DNA from: a virus | Virus record (IMG/VR): IMGVR_UViG_3300010885_052266 | Span: 36,880-100,879 of that record | DNA: 64,000 nucleotides | Reading direction: 5' to 3' (one strand) | Shown here: positions 33,426 through 42,280 of the stretch, piece after piece | Numbering within the stretch: position 1 is the stretch's first letter | Layout: each line of letters begins with the position of its first letter | The notes under the pieces: generated by a model | What the model was told of the DNA's origin: nothing | What the model saw: only the letters and a program-made list of their open reading frames with translations | The model's database searches: none | Made by a program: the position numbers and the translations under genes

Positions 33426-36400
33426 TCAGATCCCCACGGTCAGATCGCCGCCGTCCCGGCGCTCGTTGGTGAGCGTGTTGCGCACCGCCTGGTTGATCAG
33501 CATCTCGATCTGACGTTGGGTGTTCGCAGCAGCGGACGGGTCCATCCGTCCGTCGCGGCCCGTGGCGCCACCCTGAATGGTGATCGGCGCGTTGATCGTG
33601 ATCGCGTTGCGGCCACCGCCGCCGGACGCCTGGACGCCCAGGTTGCCGCTCGACAGCCGCTTCAGCGGCAGGATCGCCTCGTTGTCGATCTCTCCTGCCA
33701 TCACCGCGCCGCTGGCGGCCTGAAACAGGGTGGGGCGGTCGATCACGCCGCCTGATGCGAGATAGCGGATCGGTTGACCCGGGCCAGGCATCAGTGATGC
33801 GGGCTCCGGCATTGGCAATGAGGCGTCGTGCCGCCCGGAGATCACGCCACCCTGGGCGAGGAAGATCGGCCTGTCCGGCGCTGGCATCATCGACGGCGAG
33901 GCCGGCGTGCTGCCCACACGGTCCGACAGGCCGGGCTTATGGAACGAAGGGCTATCCGCCCTCGCCAGCTCGCGCGCATCCAAATCGACCCCTAGCGCTC
34001 CGCCTGCGTGTCGCTTCAGTGGCAGGATCAATTCGCGGTCAACCCCATCCTTGCCACGGCTCGCCGCCTGGATACCAAATTTCCCATCTCCCAGCCGCTT
34101 CAGCGGCAGGATCGCCTCGTTGTCGATCTCTCCTGCCATCACCGCGCCGCTGGCGGCCTGAAACAGGGTGGGGCGGTCGATCACGCCGCCTGATGCGAGA
34201 TAGCGGATCGGCTGGCCGCCGACGACCACGCCGCCCTCGGCGAACAAGCCCATGAACGCGCTGAATAGGCTCCCGATGATGGATGATCCGCTGCCGGAGG
34301 CGGCGGCCCCGGCGGCTGATCCCACGGCGGATGCGGCGGTCCCGGCCGCCGAAGTGGAGCTGCTGGAGAACAGGCCCTTGGCCGCCTTCCCCGCGAACTC
34401 CGTGGCGCCGTCCACCACGTTCTCGAACCCTTTCATCAACGGGCGCGTAACGAAGCTCCGGAGCATGAACCGCTCAAGGTCGCGCAGCAGAGAGTTCAAG
34501 ACGTCGGACGTTTTCCCTCCACCCAGCACCGCGGCCTCGAAGGCCTGCATCGCCGACTCTTTCATCTGGAGGTAGCCCTGCCGGACCTGCTGCTGGTCCT
34601 GCATGAGCTGCTTCAGGCTCTCGTTGCGCTCGTAGACGGGTAGGACATCTTCGCGCTTCAGGGCCGCGCTCTTGCCATCTTTGTCTACTGCGTCTTTGGT
34701 GGCGATGACGGCGCGGTCTGCCAGAAGGGAGGCGCGTTCTCGACCCAAACGCGCCGCCGATGCGAATGGTCCGGCGCTGGCGTCCACCTCCAGCATCTCG
34801 TTCTCTTCGTCCATTTGCACGCGGCGTTTCTGGAAGTTCGCCTTCGCCTGGTTTCCGGCGACCTGATCCGTCTGAGGTTTGAACGCCTCGTATTTTTTGG
34901 TCACCTCATCGATTTCTTTGGCGAGACCTGGCATCTCCTTTTTGAGCGCCTCAAGTGCCCGGATCATGTTGTTGCTGGTCAGGTGGCGCTCGAACTGTTC
35001 GCCGGCCTCCTTGCCATGGTCGTATGCCTCGGCCAGCTCGTACAGACCACGAATCTGAGTGTCGTAATTGGCCGTCTGCCCAGCAAGGCTAAGCCTCTGA
35101 TTGTCGATGATGGACCCGACCCGGCGCTGGGCATCCTCCCTAGCGTTGGGAGAGCTAGGGTCCTCAAATCTTGCCGTCATAATCTGGCGGCCGAAATCCC
35201 CCGTGCCGGCCAGGATGGCGCTTATGCCTGCGGCATTCCGCCCGCGCTCGGAACCGTAGGCTTCGTTCGCCTGGATGTTACGGAACCGTTCGTCCTGCTG
35301 CTGCGCGACGCGCGCCGCATCCACGGCCCCGACAACCGAGGGGTCGTTCGACGAGCGGAGCCGCGCCATTGCGAGGGCCGGATCGCCGCTTTGGCTCCCC
35401 AGGGCACGCTCGTAGAGCTGGTTGATCTGGGGCGTGAAGGACGAGCCATACCCGCCCGCACCGAGGATGCGGTGCAGGGTCGGCAGATCGGTGACCGGGC
35501 CGGTGATTCCCTGTCGATCCAGGATCTGGCCGATGTATCGGCCAGCCGCGGGGATCGCGCGGCTCGGATCGAGGCGATCGTCCGTGGTATCGTTGACCGT
35601 CAGGCCCACGCCGCGGCGTTGGGCCGTGGCGGCATCGAACTGCATCATCCCGCGATGCTCGGTGCCGCCCGTGCCGTTGGTCGGAGGGTCGGCCAGAAGG
35701 CTCCCCTCGCGGTATGCCAGGACAGCCATCACCTCGGGCGTGATGCGGCCTCCTGTCGCGTTGGCGGCTTGCAGGAAGTAGGGATCGTATCGCGCGCCAC
35801 GCTGTTCCTCACCGCGCGGCAACACCTCGCTCGGCGATCCCATGATGGCTGGGTTGGTGCGGTTCTGCTCCAGGACGGGGGCGAGATATTGGAACTCCCG
35901 GCGCTGCGGCGGGGTCATCTCATTGATCTGGCCCTGCACCCCGGCTCGCCAGTTCGTGTCGCGCGCAGAGGTCAGGTTGGCCGCGGTGGTGCGGAGGCTT
36001 TCCATTTCGCCGCGCACCTCCTTCATCAAGCCGATCGTCTCGCGCAGCCCCCTTATCTGTGCCTCATCCTTGCTCGCGATGGCCTGCATCAGCAGACCGT
36101 GGTACTCGCGCTCAACCTGCAGGTCACTGATGAGGCGTTTCTGGACGTCGCCCCGCATGCCGGCCGCCGCCGTGATCTGGCGCTCCTGCTCGATCATCAC
36201 CTGCGCGTCGGCGCGACGTTGCTCAGCGGTGCCGGCGACCTGGATCGCCAGGGCCCCCCGGCGCTCGGTCCGGAAGGCCTCCGGATCGGTGGCGGGCAGT
36301 CTCAGCTGCTCCTGCTTGAGATCGGCCTCGATCCCTGCGTTGATGGCGGCGACGTCGCGCGCCGGGCCGAAGCCGGCAGCCGTGATACTGGCGGCCCTGG

Positions 36401-38528
36401 TCCGGGCCTGCTCGTTCGATTGGCGCATCGCGACTTCGGACGCACGCGCTGCCGTCGTCTGACGTTCGATGACTGCTGTCTCGGCCGCCCTGGCATCGGC
36501 ACCGGCCTGCGCCTCGGTTTTCTGCGCGCGCATCGCGGCGGTCCAGGCCTGCCAGCGTGCCGTGGCCCGCTCGACCGCCGCCGAACCTTCCTCGATCGCG
36601 TCCCGGATGCGCTGCTGGATCTGCACATCCTCGTCTGTCGTCTGCTGGGCGCGTGTCAGGTAGTTCTGATCTTCCCCCGCCTCGATCTGACGGAACGACT
36701 CCTTCTGACGCGGACTGAACGACCCAGGACCCTGGCCCAGGGCCATGATGCCGCTCGGCATCAGGTTCTGCTCGGCCCACCGGCTGGTGGAGATGCCGTT
36801 CTCCGGTGCTTGTCCGAACCGCAGCATGGCTCTGGCCCGGCCGCGCTGTTCGGGCGGCACTGACAGCATCCAGCGATCTTCTTCGACCTGGGCCAGGGTG
36901 GAGCCGCCCGGGGTTTCTATGCGCTGGCGGGCGACCCTGGCGAGGTCCAGCATGTTGTCGTAGCGGGGCGTGGCCTCCTGACTGGCTTCGATGCGGTCGC
37001 TCATCTGCGGCCTGCCGTCTGGGCCGGTTCCTCTGATGTATGCCTTGATCAGGTTGTTCAACACGTCGGCGTTGGCGCCGGAGTCCGGTTCCGGGACTTT
37101 GGAGTAGTTGAAGGGCACCAACGGCTTGAAATCCGGAGATTCCAAAACCTTATTGCTGTAGTTGCCAGGCTTATAGCCGCGCGTAAGCGCCTCGATACGC
37201 TGGTCGGCCTGGACGATCCGCGCCGGTTCCGTGAACCCCACCCCGGCCAGTCCATCGGCGAGACCGGCCTGCTGGCGCTGCAGCTCCACGGCGGACATGG
37301 GCCGGCTGTCGGCTTCCAGGGGCCGCGTCGCGTCCCGCCCCACCGCGTTCTGTGCCGAGTTGGTTACCCATCGGCCCAGCGCGCTGTCCCAGATGCTGTT
37401 CGCGCCGTTCAGCCGGAACAGACCGGTGAAGCCTCCAGGTCCGAAAATGCTGCCGTCGCGTCCGATCTGCTCGCCGCGCTGCGCCTGAATGTTCATCTGG
37501 CGCGCCCGGTACGTCGCCATGGCATCATCGGGGCCCTCCCCGATGCCGGGATCGTAGAACGGATCAGGTGAAGTGCGTGGCCGACGCCCGGCCTTTCGAA
37601 GATCGGCCGGCGCGTCACGATCGAGAAACCGCAACATCGCAAGTTCGTTGCGGGGGTCTTGCAGAGACAATGGACGCACGTCCATACCTCTGTAGATAGA
37701 CTGCATCTGGTCAGGAGAGAACTGTTTGAAATCGTAGTTGGAGCGGAGGTCCGATAGCGCGTCAATATCGGTACGTGACGATAGTATAGACGCAGTGGCC
37801 CGCTCGATCATCTCCGCCCGGGATCGATCTACTGCCTCGACCCGGAGCCTGCGCTCCCGGTCCTGGACCGGCTCATGTCCCTGGTTCAACACCGAGGTCA
37901 GGCTTTCAACCCCGAGCGGCCCCAGGACTTCCTGCACGATGCGAGAATTGCCCTGGCTTGGCTGGTACGAGCGGGCCTTCGCGACGAACTCGGCGAAGAC
38001 CCGGTCGGCGTCCCCCGCGGTTCGCCCGGTCATGGACACGCCATACTCCTGCATGATCTCACGCAGCTGGCGGCCCGCGGCGGTCTGCGCCTCAATCGCG
38101 CTGGTAACCCGCTGGATGCCGGCAGCGGTCTCCATCGACGTCATGTGCATTCGCGAGGCGGCGCTCGCATAAGCCTCCATCGCGACCACGCCTGTCCCAA
38201 GGGACGTCGCCAACGCCTCCGCCCTGTCCCGCGCGGTGGAGAAGTCACGGAACGACCGCTCAGTGAGGCCCAATCCGGCGCGGAGGTTCTGAAGATCCCG
38301 GACTACGCCTTGGAGCGACGCAGCCATCTGACCGAGCTGGGTGGAAGACTCCCCCGCACCGCGCGAGAACGATGCGACGCTGTTGTTGGTTAGGTACGCC
38401 CTCTCGCCAAACCCCTGCAAGGCGCGGTCGGCCCGGACGGCCTGGGTGGCGAACTGGTCCAGGGCCTGGTGCCCTTGGACCACCGGCGCACTGTCGATAT
38501 TAAAGCTGAGGGTAGCGAGGTCTTGCAT
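33426..38528 (-). CDS. Tape measure protein with SLT/lysozyme-like domain
   Basis: MQDLATLSFNIDS start, long helical body, REGS...GMMQF...DPSRAIPAAGRYI, C-terminal AxGGV..PT...GE..EAILPLKR. Confidence 0.88.
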   Translation of the reverse strand: MQDLATLSFNIDSAPVVQGHQALDQFATQAVRADRALQGFGERAYLTNNSVASFSRGAGESSTQLGQMAASLQGVVRDLQNLRAGLGLTERSFRDFSTARDRAEALATSLGTGVVAMEAYASAASRMHMTSMETAAGIQRVTSAIEAQTAAGRQLREIMQEYGVSMTGRTAGDADRVFAEFVAKARSYQPSQGNSRIVQEVLGPLGVESLTSVLNQGHEPVQDRERRLRVEAVDRSRAEMIERATASILSSRTDIDALSDLRSNYDFKQFSPDQMQSIYRGMDVRPLSLQDPRNELAMLRFLDRDAPADLRKAGRRPRTSPDPFYDPGIGEGPDDAMATYRARQMNIQAQRGEQIGRDGSIFGPGGFTGLFRLNGANSIWDSALGRWVTNSAQNAVGRDATRPLEADSRPMSAVELQRQQAGLADGLAGVGFTEPARIVQADQRIEALTRGYKPGNYSNKVLESPDFKPLVPFNYSKVPEPDSGANADVLNNLIKAYIRGTGPDGRPQMSDRIEASQEATPRYDNMLDLARVARQRIETPGGSTLAQVEEDRWMLSVPPEQRGRARAMLRFGQAPENGISTSRWAEQNLMPSGIMALGQGPGSFSPRQKESFRQIEAGEDQNYLTRAQQTTDEDVQIQQRIRDAIEEGSAAVERATARWQAWTAAMRAQKTEAQAGADARAAETAVIERQTTAARASEVAMRQSNEQARTRAASITAAGFGPARDVAAINAGIEADLKQEQLRLPATDPEAFRTERRGALAIQVAGTAEQRRADAQVMIEQERQITAAAGMRGDVQKRLISDLQVEREYHGLLMQAIASKDEAQIRGLRETIGLMKEVRGEMESLRTTAANLTSARDTNWRAGVQGQINEMTPPQRREFQYLAPVLEQNRTNPAIMGSPSEVLPRGEEQRGARYDPYFLQAANATGGRITPEVMAVLAYREGSLLADPPTNGTGGTEHRGMMQFDAATAQRRGVGLTVNDTTDDRLDPSRAIPAAGRYIGQILDRQGITGPVTDLPTLHRILGAGGYGSSFTPQINQLYERALGSQSGDPALAMARLRSSNDPSVVGAVDAARVAQQQDERFRNIQANEAYGSERGRNAAGISAILAGTGDFGRQIMTARFEDPSSPNAREDAQRRVGSIIDNQRLSLAGQTANYDTQIRGLYELAEAYDHGKEAGEQFERHLTSNNMIRALEALKKEMPGLAKEIDEVTKKYEAFKPQTDQVAGNQAKANFQKRRVQMDEENEMLEVDASAGPFASAARLGRERASLLADRAVIATKDAVDKDGKSAALKREDVLPVYERNESLKQLMQDQQQVRQGYLQMKESAMQAFEAAVLGGGKTSDVLNSLLRDLERFMLRSFVTRPLMKGFENVVDGATEFAGKAAKGLFSSSSTSAAGTAASAVGSAAGAAASGSGSSIIGSLFSAFMGLFAEGGVVVGGQPIRYLASGGVIDRPTLFQAASGAVMAGEIDNEAILPLKRLGDGKFGIQAASRGKDGVDRELILPLKRHAGGALGVDLDARELARADSPSFHKPGLSDRVGSTPASPSMMPAPDRPIFLAQGGVISGRHDASLPMPEPASLMPGPGQPIRYLASGGVIDRPTLFQAASGAVMAGEIDNEAILPLKRLSSGNLGVQASGGGGRNAITINAPITIQGGATGRDGRMDPSAAANTQRQIEMLINQAVRNTLTNERRDGGDLTVGI
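33654..34211 (-). repeat. 120-bp exact duplication within the tape measure gene (33654-33773 and 34092-34211)
   Basis: Encodes PIRYLASGGVIDRPTLFQAASGAVMAGEIDNEAILPLKRL twice. Confidence 0.9.
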
Positions 38529-38891
38529 CTACGGTTCGCCCATGACTTTCCGGAATTTCATTTCAAGGCCGATGATGGCGGTGATTTCCCATTGTCGAAG
38601 CTTGATGTTCCGCATCCCGCACCAGTCGGTGATGTCACGAGGCGAAAGAGGATTGCACCCTTTCTCCGTGACGGTCCGCCCCATGCTCATCTCCCAGAAC
38701 CAGTTGAGCAGGTAGACCGCTTCGTCCGGGCACTCGACATCACCTTTGTCCTTTGGGTGGGGGAACCCTGACTGTCGCTTGAACGATGCGTAGGCGTCTC
38801 TCAGTGTCGGCCCGTCGGCCTTCGGCCTCGACAGGCGGAAATCGTGTTCCGCCCATTCGAGGAGCCGTGCCGTCAGGCTGGCAAAAAATTT
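38529..38891 (-). CDS. Tail assembly chaperone, -1 frameshift extension (gpGT-like)
   Basis: FASLTARLLEW...YLLNWFWEMS..R...PLSPRDITDWC...WEITAI, in the -1 frame after AAATTTT. Confidence 0.8.
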   Translation of the reverse strand, partial: KFFASLTARLLEWAEHDFRLSRPKADGPTLRDAYASFKRQSGFPHPKDKGDVECPDEAVYLLNWFWEMSMGRTVTEKGCNPLSPRDITDWCGMRNIKLRQWEITAIIGLEMKFRKVMGEP

Positions 38892-39289
38892 CCATCCGCC
38901 TGGATGAACCCGATGGCCTGGTCGCGCAGCCACGCGAACCGTGTGTCGCTCCACAACCGGCGCGCATTGTCATCGGAGTAGGCGAAAGGCTTACCATCCA
39001 GCTCAGGGATGTTCCATGCCACGGTGCATGCGGCAAGGAGTTCGGTCTCGTCCCTCGCGAATTCATCCTGGGTGGTGATGACACCGCGGGCCCGGCGCTC
39101 GGCGCGGCGCTCCTGCATCGCGCGCTCAGCGTTGCAATAAATGTCGGAGGCGCGGCCGTGCAGGGTGACGGTGACGAGTTCGCCGGCATCGGTGCGCACC
39201 GGCCCGCGGTCGCGCGGGTGGATCAGCTGCATCGGCACGCCGGATTGGGCTCGGGTGCGGGTATCGAGACTTGCGAGATCGAACGTCAT
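38873..39289 (-). CDS. Tail assembly chaperone (gpG-like)
   Basis: FDLASLDT...LIHP...LAACTVAWN...WLRDQAIGFI..DGNFL. Confidence 0.8.
   Translation of the reverse strand: MTFDLASLDTRTRAQSGVPMQLIHPRDRGPVRTDAGELVTVTLHGRASDIYCNAERAMQERRAERRARGVITTQDEFARDETELLAACTVAWNIPELDGKPFAYSDDNARRLWSDTRFAWLRDQAIGFIQADGNFLPA
38885..38891 (-). other. Programmed -1 ribosomal frameshift site A AAT TTT
   Basis: X XXY YYZ heptamer in the correct phase just before the chaperone stop. Confidence 0.8.
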
Positions 39290-39355
39290 GGGAAAGGCCT
39301 CTCTGCCATTGAGGTAGCGGCCTCAAGGCAGACGGGGCCTGTTCCCGGGGCAAGG

Positions 39356-39565
39356 TCATGTTGTGGCGGCGCTCTCGCGGAGGTGGACTTCGTCATTCCA
39401 GCGCTTCTCCAGCGCGCGCCGCCATCCGGCCGGCGGTGGCCATGGAACGCCCCAGCCGGCCAGAGACTTCGCCGTCCACCCCCCGCCCGGCGTCTGTGCG
39501 GCCGCAATCTCTTCTGGTGAGGGCAGCGAGACTTTGCTGGGCCCGACTTTGTCGCGGTCAGCCAT
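39356..39565 (-). CDS. Small conserved phage protein
   Basis: EEIAAAQTPGGGWT..SLAGWGVPWPPPAGWRRAL. Confidence 0.65.
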   Translation of the reverse strand: MADRDKVGPSKVSLPSPEEIAAAQTPGGGWTAKSLAGWGVPWPPPAGWRRALEKRWNDEVHLRESAATT

Positions 39566-39567
39566 CG

Positions 39568-40395
39568 CTACGACACGAGCTTCGGCTTCTTGAAGGTCAG
39601 CACCCCCTGCCCTTCGATCGCGGCGCGATGCTCGGCGATCAGGGTCGCTCCTTCAGCTTTCATCCACCCCTGGATCGCGCTCGGTTGGAAAAGGTACCGG
39701 CCCGACTCTCTGCTGATGCGAACCGCGTCAGGAAGCTCTCGGTCCAGGCACCAGCGCGTAAGTCGGCGGCTGCATTTCTGGGATAGCGCCCGGCGGCGCT
39801 TGGTTCCGATACCGTGCTCGATCAGAACCTCCAGCATGGGACGGTACGCGATGGCCGCTATGCGGGGATCGGCTTCGACGATCATCGTCCGCACCTGGTC
39901 GGCGAGATTTTGAACCACCGCATCGGTGGTGTGTGCCTGAACGGCGAGGTGTTGAATCGCCGTGGCCTGTTCGGTCAGCATCTTCCCGACAACCGCCTTG
40001 ACGATACCGCCGATGGCGTTTCGGACTTCGTCGGGCAGAGACGGGCCTTGACCTGGCGCGGCGTAAGAGCCGGTCTGGCGAATCGAGGGGAGGACGTCAT
40101 GGCGGATCCAACGGTCGAACCGTCGAGCCTCGGGCTTTCGGCTGCGTAGGATGACGGAGTAGAGGCCGGGCTCGTTAATGAGGGTGACGGTCTTCGCTCC
40201 GTTGAAGCCTGGGACTCCCTCATTATTAGTGAGGGAGGTCTTCTCATCGTCGTCCAGTTTGGTCGCGGCCTGAGACGGATTGTTAATGCCCAGCGCGCGG
40301 CACACGTCGGCCAGCACCCACCATGGAGCGTTGTCACGCACCATAAGGCGCACGCGGGCCTCCTCGAACATGAGCGGAAGCAAACTACCTGCCAC
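39568..40395 (-). CDS. BRO-N domain antirepressor-like protein
   Basis: AGGAGG + GTG; PWWVLADVCRAL...INEPGLYSVILRSRKPEARRFDRWIRHDVLPSIRQTGSY. Confidence 0.88.
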   Translation of the reverse strand: MAGSLLPLMFEEARVRLMVRDNAPWWVLADVCRALGINNPSQAATKLDDDEKTSLTNNEGVPGFNGAKTVTLINEPGLYSVILRSRKPEARRFDRWIRHDVLPSIRQTGSYAAPGQGPSLPDEVRNAIGGIVKAVVGKMLTEQATAIQHLAVQAHTTDAVVQNLADQVRTMIVEADPRIAAIAYRPMLEVLIEHGIGTKRRRALSQKCSRRLTRWCLDRELPDAVRISRESGRYLFQPSAIQGWMKAEGATLIAEHRAAIEGQGVLTFKKPKLVS

Positions 40396-40466
40396 AACGA
40401 CCTCCTGCATATAATGCGGACACCACATTGATATGTAGCACGACATCGCGCAACCCCCGTCGCCCA

Positions 40467-40781
40467 CAGGACCTCGGCGGTGACCCACTTCTTGAAACGC
40501 CTCGCCGCAGGCTTGCGGCTGCGGAAGATCAAGGAGTAGAGGCCGGGCTCGTTGATTATGGTCGGAAGCGAGGCGCCGGCCGCTAACCCATTGATTTTGG
40601 CACCCTCGGCATTACCGAGGGTCTCCTTCTCGTCGTCGTCGAGGCGGCCGGCAGCATCACTCGGATTGCTGATCTCCAGCACGCGACACACATCCGCTAG
40701 CAGCCACCATGGAGCGTTGTCACGCACCATAAGGCGCACGCGAGACTCCTCGAACACGAGCGGAAGCAAGCTACCTGCCGC
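40467..40781 (-). pseudogene. Second, truncated BRO-N copy lacking its GTG start
   Basis: Same leader but GTG>GCG; similarity stops at FKKWVTAEVL. Confidence 0.7.
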
Positions 40782-40867
40782 AACGACCTCCTACATATAA
40801 TGTTAATACCGCACTGATATGTGTCGCGGCTTCGCGCAAGCCCCGTCGCCCAGGGAACCCGGAACGC

Positions 40868-40907
40868 AAAAAGGGCCGTCGCCCGGGGATTCCGGACGAC
40901 GGCCCTT
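40868..40907 (-). terminator. Rho-independent terminator
   Basis: AAGGGCCGTCG...CGACGGCCCTT with a T-tract on -. Confidence 0.75.
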
Positions 40908-40914
40908 CAGCCGT

Positions 40915-41448
40915 TCAGAGTCTGCCGCGAACGGTCTCGCTGCGCACACTCTCGTAACTGCGACCCAATGCCTGGGCTGCTGCAATGATGGACGGATAGA
41001 CCTTTCCATCGACATGGACCGGGCGGGATCGGCGATCGACCCGGATTTTCGGGGCGACAGGCTGGGCAGTCTGGACGGGTGCCGCCGCTCCACCGGCCTT
41101 GGGCGCCGGACCCTGGGGAACAGGGGCTGGTGCCAGATCGGGTTCGGGTGCGGGGGTGCCGCCGGGCGCTTCCTGCAACGCCTCGATAAACGCCTCGATA
41201 TCGGCGATGATGGAGGCGATCATGGCCTTCTCCGAAGCGGTACCATCCTCGCTGATCCACTCCTGAAGCTCGGCGAGCTTATAGAGCACTTCTTCGAGGG
41301 TGGCGCTTCGCGCCTGGATCAGGTCGTCGCCGGCCTGCTGGCCCAGCTCCAGGTATAGGTCGGAATTGGGGTCGGATATACGGGTCTCCGCCCAAAGTTG
41401 CTTGATTCTCGCGTTGGTCGCGTATAGCCTCGTGACATGGTTTGGCAT
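40915..41448 (-). CDS. Hypothetical protein with C-terminal NUMOD1-like HTH
   Basis: PVHVDGKVYPSIIAAAQALGRSYESVR; RBS AGGAAAAGG. Confidence 0.65.
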   Translation of the reverse strand: MPNHVTRLYATNARIKQLWAETRISDPNSDLYLELGQQAGDDLIQARSATLEEVLYKLAELQEWISEDGTASEKAMIASIIADIEAFIEALQEAPGGTPAPEPDLAPAPVPQGPAPKAGGAAAPVQTAQPVAPKIRVDRRSRPVHVDGKVYPSIIAAAQALGRSYESVRSETVRGRL

Positions 41449-41614
41449 GGTATTGCCTTTTCCTACGGGGTCGCTGGTGTTTGTTACACCAGCGACCCCG
41501 CCTTTGGGTCATACTGTGACCTCGTCAGCCTCCGCTCGATGCGGAGAAAGGCACAACTAGAATATAGTAATTATATTACATTATTCAATGCGATGGGCGC
41601 TATTGTGTCGGCTT

Positions 41615-42049
41615 TTATTTCGGAAGCCACTCGCATTCGTGCTTGATCTTCTCGTCATAATCGCCTCTCTCTTCCCGTAGAGGCCACTCGTCGGATATTA
41701 GTACTTTGTCGACTTGCCATTCGATACCATCAAATGTGAGACGGGCGGCAAATGGCGACCGTCCTGCATACCCGCCAAAGCCATTCTTAGAGTTGACCAT
41801 CCCGCATACAAAGACCCCACCAATTTTCCAGGTAGCTGGGCCACGCCCTGTCAGTAAGGGGGAGGACCAAAAGGGTGTAATGACCCCTCGCGCCCATGGA
41901 TCGAACGAATATCGAGCCGACTCTGGATCCCGAAGAGTCTTCTCGAAGTGCCGCTTGACTGCGGCCTCAGCGACCTTCTGACTTGGAGGGGATTTGTCCT
42001 TCGCGGCATTCTCCTCGGCTTTCTGTGCCGCTGCGTTACGGAGCGCCAC
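41615..42049 (-). CDS. Moron-like envelope protein (5' end uncertain)
   Basis: LRDPESARY...VCGMVNSKNGFGGYAG motif; visibly lower GC. Confidence 0.6.
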   Translation of the reverse strand: MALRNAAAQKAEENAAKDKSPPSQKVAEAAVKRHFEKTLRDPESARYSFDPWARGVITPFWSSPLLTGRGPATWKIGGVFVCGMVNSKNGFGGYAGRSPFAARLTFDGIEWQVDKVLISDEWPLREERGDYDEKIKHECEWLPK

Positions 42050-42210
42050 TTCATTCTCAGCCCGTTCAACGTCCGGTCGATAATTGCGCCCCGCGTATAA
42101 ATGGGATGGCGAGCATCCCGCCGCTGAACACCGGACCGCGCATCTCGCCTGCCCTCATTGCCATCACACTATAATAGGTGAGCCCAAGCCGATCACCAAC
42201 CCCCCAACAG

Positions 42211-42247
42211 AAAACGGCCCCGGGGGTCGCACACCCCAGGGCCGTTC
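42211..42247 (-). terminator. Terminator after tail tube gene
   Basis: AACGGCCCCTGGGG...CCCCGGGGCCGTT then TT on -. Confidence 0.7.
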
Positions 42248-42280
42248 CCTTCTTGCCCGAGCCTATTGGCAGGACAGGCG

